DNA of 64,000 bases from assembly GCA_964187785.1 (NCBI GenBank), contig OZ076409.1, positions 42,286,001 through 42,350,000 of the forward strand, in the 5' to 3' direction. Position numbers and translations under genes: made by a program. Shown here piece by piece: positions 36,958 to 47,395 of the stretch; position 1 is the first letter of the stretch, and the number at the start of each line of letters is the position of its first letter. Source of the stretch: Amphiscolops sp. MND2022 (Eukaryota). The notes below the pieces were generated by a model. That model made no database searches. It worked only from the letters and a program-made list of their open reading frames with translations, and was not told the DNA's origin.

Positions 36958-37827
36958 ATGAACGGATACTCGTTGGTGATAGATATATCTTCCGACGAAG
37001 ATAATAACCGTTGCAGCACGCCGTTGAAGGCATTACCCCTCAACACGATCAGCACTCTTAGTGATTCGTCCACGGAAGCATTCCGTGGGAGTGAAGCTAG
37101 AACAGATTCAACATCCGAGTCTGACTGTTCTCCGAAAAAGCGCGGCCCTACCCCCAGCAAAAAGAAAAAGCTAGGGAGAGTAAGTTTTAATCTACCGCCA
37201 GCAGTAAACCCCGACTCAGATACCGACTTCTACGAAGAACCGGACACGCCACCGAGCCAGCCCCTAACAAGACCAACACCAGTCCTAAAAGAAAAAGCAA
37301 ACATTCCCCAATTAGGAAATGAAAGGGCTCCAAACACAGTCAAGCTGAATGACTTGAATGAGCCTTCGCTGGCAGATTTGGACGCACTACACGGCTTAGA
37401 TATAGAAGATCGGCAGTTTTTCGCAGCAGTTGGCCGTGGACGCACTCACTACGGCGCAAAAGAGAATGCCCCCCCTCCGACTAAAAGAGAGCAATGCATT
37501 TGTGCGTTAAGCGACCCTACTAAGCCGCCGGAAATATGCCCTATCGATACGATGCGAAGAGAACAGGAGCTTCGAGAAATGGAAGAAGAAGAAAGGTTCA
37601 TAACAAAAATGACTGCAGGAAGAGGACGTAGTCGCGGCACGCGGATTCTCAACGGCCGTCCCCCTGTCATCATCAGGAAAGAAATTCCCCATTGCCGAGC
37701 TATACCCTTGTCTCTTGCTTCAAGAGGGGCCCTGTCACGACCCGCTCCCGGTCGGGATTATAGCTGCTGCAGTGGGATACCTGGTTTCGAAATTGGCCGG
37801 GGACAAGGCCGAGGTAAACTCTATTAA
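36958..37827 (+). CDS. Sense accessory ORF3 (289 aa, mostly low-complexity), ending inside the 3' LTR
   Basis: ATG-initiated intact ORF. VIDISSDED (SIM-like), KKRGPTPSKKKK (NLS-like), repeated GRG. No signal peptide or transmembrane stretch, so not env-like. Confidence 0.7.
   Translation: MNGYSLVIDISSDEDNNRCSTPLKALPLNTISTLSDSSTEAFRGSEARTDSTSESDCSPKKRGPTPSKKKKLGRVSFNLPPAVNPDSDTDFYEEPDTPPSQPLTRPTPVLKEKANIPQLGNERAPNTVKLNDLNEPSLADLDALHGLDIEDRQFFAAVGRGRTHYGAKENAPPPTKREQCICALSDPTKPPEICPIDTMRREQELREMEEEERFITKMTAGRGRSRGTRILNGRPPVIIRKEIPHCRAIPLSLASRGALSRPAPGRDYSCCSGIPGFEIGRGQGRGKLY
37722..37732 (+). other. Polypurine tract of element A
   Basis: AAGAGGGG(CCC) immediately before the 3' LTR TG. Confidence 0.7.
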
Positions 37828-39989
37828 ACTAATTTTAAACTGATCTAAATTCTACTTACAGTACAGCGAAATCGATTGCAGATAATTTTCCAAATGCAAA
37901 ACCTAGCGTAAACGTTACGGAACACTTTTCAGAAATGATTTTTAGCTAAAACTTCCGGTCAATTATTCCCCGCGCGTGATAAGATTTTTCACTTCCGGTA
38001 TGATCTTCTGATTTTCTGCCATACTAATCTAAACACTAAAATGAACATTTATAATTGGGATCATTCTTTCCACTGGTCCACACTAAAATGAAAACATTAA
38101 AATAAAATTCAATTCCGAGATCCCAACGGAATTCATACAATCTAAAATGAAAAGGAACAGACAAATAATAGAGCGGAATTGTTTTCCAGAGATGAAGTGG
38201 TTGTCAATATTCACTTAAAGCACAGCCAAGTGATTTAGGCAAATATTTACAACGCTATGGCAACGCCAATCTACTGAGCTAATATTAGGAATTTTGCTTC
38301 TACGGACCAATAACGTCACTCTATTGATAGAACTATTCTTAGCTAAGCTGAATAAAAGCAATTTTGGTTGCCCCTAGCAACACCAATTGAAATAAGAGAG
38401 AGGGAATGAATTCACCTACGCACTCCGCTTTCTCTCCGCTTGATCTGATAGCTGAGCTATGAGCAACCTTAATACGTACGGGACAGCTACGGAGCGGATT
38501 GTAAAATTGTATTCCGCCGTTCAGCTATAACCAATCTTAATACGTACGGAACAACTCGTAAAATGATAGCGGTGAAGTATTAGTTTAAACCGAAATCAAA
38601 TAAGGATTTTTCTGAATCGACGCACTTAATGAATTTTTGAAAACAAGTCCACATCATGTAAAAGGTTGTACTGTAAGAAAGGACTAAAATTATGTTCGAA
38701 GAGTAACGGTGCTATTGCAATAGTTTCTCAATTCACGCGTGCCTTACGTTACATTAAGAGTTTATGTATTCAGTGATTAGTTGTTTATCATTAAAATGTT
38801 TCACAGAACGTAACGTAAGGTCAACGTCAAAACCCAAACCAAATGCTATTGATGCAGAATGCCTGCCCTGCCTATTCATATGCGATGCCCAATCGAGTGC
38901 AGAATAATTATTGCCTGCAAATACATTTCCTTTCCTATCTATTTGTACTTTGCAATTCGTATGTTACGTTATGGCCACGTATAGGTCAAAGTTAGAATTT
39001 CTGTTGGTGCAGTTGTTTAGTTTACAAAATTAACCGTATAATCATCATTATGTTTTCTCTTAGCGTCGCTTGTTCCTCAATAATATTCAAATATCCGTAG
39101 TCCGAAATTCCTTTTGCCTCGTTTCAATTTCGTTAATTTTTGCGAGTCATTCTTTTACTTCGAATCTCAATCTCCCAAATTGAAAGTTGACTAATTGTTC
39201 ATGCCGGCGTACTTACGCTGATGAATATGCAAGCTAGACTTTTATTTTACCGCGATTTTGAGACTTAAACAGGAAATGGGATTGCCTGAACAAAAATGAT
39301 TTCAACAAATTTACGGAACACTGACGCAACTAGGAATTTTGATGCCTGGTTTTTACGACGCGGGACTGAAATGATATGAATCATTAGCGCTTTTTGTTGA
39401 ACAAACCCGATTTTTGTGATACCTAGGAATTTTTAGGTGAGGAACAAATGATGCTGGGAAAGTATAAATATGTAGTACATACATGTAAAGTTAGTTAGTT
39501 GTGTTTTGCAAGTTGTAATAAACTTAAACTGTTTTCGTTGTTTCAACGTTGAACAAAATCATCTTCGAAGAATTCATCTATTGCCGAAGAATCATTTTTT
39601 AACATTAAAAATGACCACTAGAAGCCAGAAGAGGAAAGCTGTAGCTGAATTAGTGTCTGGAGATTTTGAAGCTTCTTTAGCTGAAAATAACTCTGCTGAA
39701 AACCTGATACCCAGTTCTAGTAAAAATCCTAGACTTGAGCTTGAAAACCTGGAGGAAATAAAAACAACTCTGAGAAAAGAAATAATGACTGATCTAACAA
39801 AGATATTAGCCGAAAACCAAAAGGAAATGCTTAAATTAATAGCACCAGCGAACAAGAAACGCTCAGTTAGTTCGAACATACAAGATTCTGATTCTGACCA
39901 AGAAAACATCTCCGTAACGAGAACGTCCACTCCAGTCAAGACACAAACTGCGACTAGTTCTAAAACAACACCGGTCAATAGTCGTAACA
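37733..39989 (+). repeat. Element A 3' LTR (2257 bp)
   Basis: Differences from the 5' LTR that I could see: a 3-bp CAT indel near 38655 and G/T at 25244/39240. Confidence 0.97.
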
Positions 39990-41197
39990 CTACTCAAGTA
40001 TTAAAAACTTTTAACGAACCATCATCCTTTTTCAATCATCAATGCTCTTGAAAAGCAACCTTTCCAAAGTTTGTGACGCAACTTTCGATAAAATTTCTAG
40101 CGCACAGCTGACTGAAATTTTTGGTGTTTGTGTTCTCTCGACCATCTTTTCGAAATCTTTCGATGAAGTCACGTTCGAAACGAAATTCGCTGAATATCTA
40201 ATTGTAACAACTGAATCAACTCACAAAACTTGAACCAAAAAAATATTCGACCCAACTTCTTCACATCCGAGTTCCAATGAAAGGAGCTCAAGATCGAATG
40301 AAAAGTGACGAAACTCTTCAAACGCTTGTCAATCATAAAAAGTTCGCGTCTCTTTGGCTGAACGTTTCAGGCTCAATTTCTGCAAGAAGCTTGATGATCA
40401 ACAGCTTTGATTTTCTATCAAATTGTTCCTCGGAGAAAACATCGGTATGACTCATCCTTGCCACAGTTGCAAAAGGTCCAACGGATTCTTTTTGAGTCTT
40501 TCTAGTAACAAAAGGTCAAGTCGTCTTGCTGATCCTAACCCTCTAACTAGGCAAAAGCTAAACTTTGAGAGTTGCCCTAAATGATGGAACCTTATGACTG
40601 TATCGAACTGACGGCCTGATTTTCAACTATTAGCGTTACTGTGGCCTTACTTTAGCTAGAAAAAAGGAACATGGTGTCACCAAGGGCAACTAAGTTGATC
40701 AGAAAATGAATATCACACTCGATGACGACGCGATAAATTTTGTTTGGGAAGAATCTAAGAAAAACCACACGGTGTAAGGAACGTGAACAACGATAGAAAA
40801 AGATGATGTCTTTCGGAGCAGTTTTTTGGTTCCTGTGATTGGATTATTGCTTTTCGCTACCAAAGCAACAAAGCAAGCAGTGAACATCGAATTGAACATT
40901 GAATTTTATTGGATTAATATACATGACATACATTAAGAGTATTCATAAATGTATACAAAATTCAATGTGCAACAAAGCAAGCAGTCAAAATAAAGTGAAT
41001 ACAAGGAAGGTAATTTTTAAGCAATCTGCCCCAAGTCAGAAAATGAATTAAATCCCGATTAAAGATAAGTCCTGATGATGAGCAACTAGATCGTTGTTCG
41101 AAACGTTTTCACATTTTTGTAATCTTTTGTATTAAACATGATGTTTGTTCAGTGAGTGTAACGTCACTTTCTAATATACGAGCTGCAGAAATTTGGT

Positions 41198-41392
41198 GAC
41201 ATGTCATTGCTTTCTTCGCTGTTTCTACGAAACTGACAGGTACTTGGAAAACAAAAAAGCATGACCGAACAAGAACATAATAAAAGCCGCCATCAGAGAC
41301 ACACAGAGACTGTGAAAACTTCACTTCTGAAAAGAGACTCTTTTACTACAGGTGCTAACACTTGGTTTTTCTTGACTTCAGCATTATGCTAG
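41198..41392 (-). repeat. Dispersed repeat, homologous to 10408-10590
   Basis: Same shared blocks as 10408-10590, in reverse complement. Confidence 0.8.
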
Positions 41393-43861
41393 CCCATGCT
41401 CTTGCATTATGCTTCAGCATTAAGTACCGAAAACTGATGGTTCTTTTTGATTAATTTACGAATCTGTGCCTGTAGTACAACAGCTTACGAGCTGAATGTG
41501 GATGTTGCCGAATAATTGTTATTGACGTGATTATTGTAGGTTGTTGTGATTTTATGGCTACTTTGGCCATTTCAGACGTTATTCCCAGGTCACCCTGAAA
41601 GGCCAAATTTACACATTTCTTCTTGAGTTTCAACCAGATGGTCTGCGGCGTTTGTTGTTGGGACGATGATGGTAAAATTGGATGAACTGGATTATTCATC
41701 CGTCCTCAATCGCGTGGGCATTATTCGCGATCTTCGTTGTTTCCAAAAGGAGGCAAAAGGCAACGTCATCAGCAAACCTAGCCCCCACTAATTGAGTCAA
41801 CCAAGAACTCACAGGGCAAAGGACATTTCTTCTAATCCTGGATTCGTATACCCAACTGTGTAATGTATTTGTCGTACCCATCATCATCACTTCGGTTAGA
41901 ATCCACTGAATTCTCCCTTTCAGTAATTTGTTCGGTTACTACTCATTGCTACTAATCTGGTCTTTCTGAGCATCCTGAGCCGCTTGGCTAACCTTTTCTG
42001 GATGCAGTCCATTTGACCGAAAGTCCCTCTGAGGACGTACTTTACTAAAATTACTCGGATGCGGTCCATGTGTCCGAAGGTCCAAATTTGTATTTCTAGC
42101 TGAAGTTTGGCTTCCTACAGCATTTTTGATGCTCGGTATCACCTTTTCTTCAATTGCAGAGTTAATTACGTCTAATATGTGTGAATTTAAGTCTGATTTC
42201 ATTTCCTCAAGTTTTCTAGACATTTGTGAAGAAATTTCTGAATTGATTGCTCTACTAGTTTTTTCGGTCAAATCACTGGATTGAATGTTTAAGTAAGACC
42301 GGAATTAACTATCATTCTGATTCAATCTTTTTTCATGTCTTGTTGACCTTAACTCCATTTCGTTTTCACAATTTCTCTCTTGCACTTCACAGTTATCTCT
42401 TTAATAACTTCCAAGAATAACATCAAAATTTTCAATATCTGACATCACGTCAGATAGTCTAGTACGCTTTTCCTTTGCTTTCTGCTTTATAATTGAAGGC
42501 GTATTCGAAAGAAAAGTTTGATTTCAACAGTGAATTGTCAGAAATAACAAATTGAACAGTATCGTGTTTTGAGTGTGGGTACGGTTAATAATCAATGATC
42601 ATTTTAGCAACGAACTCCGCGTATATATAATTTAAACAGCATGACGCGCATAAATTTGTGCAGCAGGTAGCTGAATTCAGGATGAGATCAGTCTAAATTT
42701 TGCTTTAGCCCCGATATTAGGTCAAACGTTCTAAATATAGATCAGGTTACTAGACATTACGTCATTTTGGGTGAGAAGATATAAATAGCATCAAACTAGT
42801 AACGTATTAACTTGCATAATACTAATTCTAGGTTAAATGCCGCATTTCATGTAACGATAGCATCAATATTTAGCAAAACACTAATTCTGACCAAGCGTCA
42901 GCGTGACTGCAGTGCATGGTTCTAACTGCATTCTGATTGGCTGAGAATATGTCTGGACTACGCGTCATCCTGACTGCAGTAGTGAGCAGGTTGAACGCAG
43001 GTTATCCTGTTTTCTTGGTTGTATTACAAGGTATTACAGCACCTTTCAGCTTGTTTTACAACACAATTACGAAACAATTGCACTGAACATACTTAACGCA
43101 ACGTGTATCTAATAGAGTAACTGAGCAAAACTGTACAAAATAGTATCGAAATCAGTACTTGGGACAATTGAAGTTTAAGGTTGCTTTCAAGTTGACCTTC
43201 GGTCAATATTACAAAATTTTGCAAGCTGCTTGAAGTCTTAATTGTGTCAATTTTAACGGTACAAATACGTATCAGTTTGTTGTTTTAATTCTTCGGAGGG
43301 GCTAAACTGTTTCATTTGGAAAAGACTACTGGTCCGGGGTTACTCTGATTGTCGTCTGGCATGATTTTGTAGAATATACCATCACAGGCGGCAGCCTGCG
43401 ACACTCCCCAATGGACTAAAATAAAGACATTACGATACATGTCCCGCAAAAGTAGAAAGTGATCACTTGGTGTAAATAGTATTTTGGGTAAAATAGTCAA
43501 TTACTGTAAATTGGTCAAAGACTGTAGTAATCCACTCGTGTAGTGGTTCAGCACAGTGTAATATGAACGCGGTGAATTCCAGTCAAAATGCGTAGTTAGT
43601 AAATAGTGTAAAACAGTCAAAATTTACAAGCTAATTTAGTAAGGTGTAATTCAGTCAAAGTTTGATTAAATTTCACTTTTAATGAGGTATTCATTTACTA
43701 AACTACCAAAAAGTGTAAAGTAGTCAAAGTTTGACTAGTTTACGGCAATCTAATAATTGCTTCAAACATAAATTTACACTGGATAGTTGCTTGGAGTTTA
43801 ATTACTTTGACTAAATTACGCCTTAACTTTGACTGAATTACGCGATTAAACAATTGACGCA

Positions 43862-44061
43862 NNNNNNNNNNNNNNNNNNNNNNNNNNNNNNNNNNNNNNN
43901 NNNNNNNNNNNNNNNNNNNNNNNNNNNNNNNNNNNNNNNNNNNNNNNNNNNNNNNNNNNNNNNNNNNNNNNNNNNNNNNNNNNNNNNNNNNNNNNNNNNN
44001 NNNNNNNNNNNNNNNNNNNNNNNNNNNNNNNNNNNNNNNNNNNNNNNNNNNNNNNNNNNNN
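43862..44061. other. Assembly gap (200 N)
   Basis: Run of N. Confidence 1.
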
Positions 44062-44526
44062 TGCTTATCTAACACAGCAGATACTAGTTTTGAGTCCCGG
44101 GAAATTTCTGAGTTGAATCCTTGTTGAATTTCTGTTAACTTGGGTTGTTTCTTGATTTTCCCACATTATGTGGGTCCTTGAAGATGAAATATTTGGGTAT
44201 TTCTGGAAGTTTCAGTTTTTCTTGGGAATGAAGTTTTTCCATCTGCATTTTAGACACTTCACTTCAAAGAGTTTCTCGTCAATTTGCTCACTGTCAAACA
44301 AACAAAACATGACTACTTGTTGTCAAAACTTCCAATATTTGTTACTCAAATATTTTGTTATTCAAATATATTCCAAATCTGGGGAACACTTACAAAACAT
44401 GCTTCAACATCAAACCATTAAATCATATTAAATATCAAATCTTCTCCAATTTAACCTAATTTGTCAGAAAAAATTAACCCAAATTCTCTTATGTTCGTTT
44501 TACTGCTTTGTTTGAATTAATTGCTC

Positions 44527-44670
44527 ACTGATCATGACAGTAAGCACAATTTTCAACGGTAACTTATGATTTGAACTAATTTCTTACTGATCATGACAGT
44601 AAGCAAAATTTTCAACGGTAACTTATGATTTGAACTAATTTCTTACTGATCATGACAGTAAGCAATATTT
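44527..44670. repeat. 59-bp tandem repeat, ~2.4 copies
   Basis: ACTGATCATGACAGTAAGCA at 44527, 44586 and 44645. Confidence 0.9.
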
Positions 44671-45222
44671 TTAAACATAAACTTTGAGATTTGAATTCTC
44701 GTGAATAAATTCGAATCACTTAGATCACCAATACAAATCATCATCCAATATTGATGTTTTTTTACATTAAATCCAACATCAATCTTGGGAAGTGAAATTA
44801 ATGCATTTCAATCTTCACAACAAAGTTTATAAAACCATCTTTAATATAGGTAAACCAGTGACTCACAAAACGCGTAAAATAGTCAAGTTCATTACTGTGC
44901 TACACTATTTGACTAATTTTCACCACGTAATTAGTAAGACGGCGTAATTCAGTCAAAATGCGTAGTGGAAAATCGCGTAATTTAGTCAAAGTGCGTAGTA
45001 CTGCATCAGTGCGTAGTTCAGTCAATTAGTGTAAATTTATGGACCGGAAAATAGTGTAAACCAGTCAATTAGTGAATTTTAGTCATTCAGTGTAACTAAT
45101 TATCACTTGGTGTAATAGGAGAAAAGTGTAAAACAGTCAACATCATAATAACTCACTGTGATTGGTTATTAATGCAAGTCGCAAGATCTGGGAACTTGCT
45201 TGCGGGGATATGTATCGTAATG

Positions 45223-45900
45223 GAACCCACCTTCATTCCGGCTCGAAAACCTCGTCTTCTGCCATTAGTTGGTCATAGGTTTCTCCTCTGACATGTGATC
45301 CTTCAAGATAGCTCATAGTGATTTCTTCTCTAATATCGGGGAAGTACTTGCCACAAATCACACATCCTGTGTGGTCCGCGACGTTGGACTACCCGCATGA
45401 TGCGCTCGCTGTGATTGCTAGGCTAGTGATATGCGGGTTATGTACCCATTGATTGTCATTTTGTTCAAGTTGTTGTTGATTTTCGAACTAATAAAACGGC
45501 ATTTGATCAATTAGCGGGGTTGAAGCTGGCAAATTGACCACTGGGTTGAGTAGGCCGCACCATGGGTTTGAATGGTTTCCAATTGCTTGATTGCATTAGG
45601 TAGGGGGTCGATGGCTTCCAGTCAAATCCGTCGTCATGGCTTTTCCAGCTGTAAGTTGTGGGGGGAACGGAGGGTTTTCGTAGTAACAGGACAATACTTG
45701 TATTTTGTCGTCCTCGATTTCTCTGTCCAGTAGATCTTGCACTGACATGACAGAATCCACATCCAGATTCTCTTGTGAAGACGCGCATGGTAAGCTGACA
45801 TGCGATATGGGATGTTCTTCAATGTCAAATTGAAGGGACATATTTTCGTTGTAGCGATTAAGAAAGAGTTTCTTTGCTTTTTTGTTCGTCACAAGTTGGG
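45223..45900 (-). pseudogene. Positional equivalent of ORF3 in element B (frameshifted; tail continues at 43427-43312 into the 3' LTR)
   Basis: Coding-like fragments 45892-45596 and 45788-45507 in element-sense orientation. Across the TIR insertion a frame reads FILVHWG-VSQAAACDG... through the PPT into the LTR. No clear protein similarity to element A ORF3. Confidence 0.5.
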
Positions 45901-47395
45901 ATGTCTGGTTTCTAGAAGGGTTGTGAGGTGAAAGGTGTGATGCGGTCTTTCTGACCTAAGATCTGACATAAATCTATGCGGGAGATCGAAGCGGGAAATT
46001 TTCCTAAACATTTCCTTAATCTTCCAAATTCGGTTGTCGTCCCCTATTAAGAAGTTCGATCATCAGTAAATTTCTATCACAAGAGGCTTGACTCTATGCC
46101 TTTTGAGATCGTTTTCCTTCGTCTTCAAAGCTGTTGTTAGGCTGCTAGAGTTTTTACGATCACTAACTTTCTGTCAACGAACTTCATCAAAGACTCCCGT
46201 TCAGCCTGACTGCAGTCGCTGGACTGACCAATCAAATTGCTTTGATGGGCTCATGATAAAGTTGCATATACTTAAGTGAATTGACTGAATATACGAAAAT
46301 CGCTAATCTACAAAAATGGCTTCTGAATGAGAGAGACTAAATGTCAAAAACTCAACGATTATTTTAGGTTGACGTTGAGGGTCTAAGTCAAGCCATAAAG
46401 TGGCAGACTTAATCAGGTACGTCACTAGCAAGTTTAGTACTTACATGTGACAAAATGTTTAAATAATTAATATGAAAACTAGGAGTGTTTCAATTGTTAA
46501 TACAAGTGGAAACAATTAACAAGCCACGATATCCAAAACTTTTTGATAATTAGGGTCTTGGCTACTTAGAGTAGTAGCAGAGGGTATCTATTAAAGTGTA
46601 GTAAGTATCCGCAATTGATGGTAATTTCGTGTAAGTAAATGAGTGCAGTCAGACGTACTATCGGTCTAACTGTATATGTTTTTGATTACATAATTGTTTG
46701 CAGTCAAGTGGACAATCTGTCAGGTTGAGTAAATAATACATTCTCGTGTGATTACATCCAGCTGCTTGTAGTATTTTTGTGTGCATTAGTGAAATGAGTT
46801 GGTAAATGAGTTCTTTCAAGTAGATAAGTGCGCTTCAAGTCAATTTCGTATTTGTGCCTTGTATTGCAGTATACGTTGTAATTTGAGCTCCAAGCAGCAT
46901 TACTTGAGCTATACTGGCTTACCCTTAAATTTCAGTCTAGTCTCTTCGACCTTGGGTTCTTCTCATAACTTGGTATACTTAATTTTCGATTACAGTCCTT
47001 TAGACATTGCAAATTTGCTATTCTGAAATTGTTTCAATCTTTGAAGTTGTTACAATGAATTGTTCTTACTACCATTTGGTAGAGATTACTGGAGGGCTGG
47101 AACTCCTGGATTGCACTCAATCAACATCGACAGCTGGTCAAAGGAAAGACTCTTTCAGTCTTTTCAGTGACAGGAAACAATGACTATCTTCAATTCCAAA
47201 TCAATAACATACAGACTACCGAAGGCGCGACTTCAGACCTTTCCTCATGGAAGTATCTTCAGGTTGGTTCTTTAAATGTTAAAGTCAAGCTTGATCAGAG
47301 CTTCTATTTAACTAAGCTACTTCCTCCATCGTGAAAACACCATGTGATGTGTGAACTCTTCAAATTACTTTCGAAGTTTTCTTAAATGCGGCAAG

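Larger units (their letters stand above)
23740..39989 (+). mobile_element. Element A: intact 16.25-kb Gypsy/Ty3-type LTR retrotransposon with two accessory genes
   Basis: TSD CTACT (23735-23739 / 39990-39994), LTR termini TGTCACGAC...GTCGTAACA, PBS, PPT, uninterrupted gag and pol in PR-RT-RH-IN order. Confidence 0.98.
43428..45222. mobile_element. TIR element nested in element B just inside the PPT (CACTA/EnSpm-like, non-autonomous)
   Basis: TIRs CATTACGATACAT.TCCCGCAA / TTGCGGGGATATGTATCGTAATG; GA on both flanks; many subterminal (T/C)AGTCAA motifs; contains the N gap. Confidence 0.75.

Noticed and set aside
36958..37827. ORF3 as env
   Set aside because: No signal peptide, no transmembrane or fusion-peptide hydrophobic stretch.
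41870..43403. Independent solo LTR
   Set aside because: Its own flanks do not match (GTATT versus CTCCC); GTATT matches 59576-59580, so it is the 3' LTR of element B.
43740..44075. ORFs containing X runs
   Set aside because: Produced by the assembly gap.
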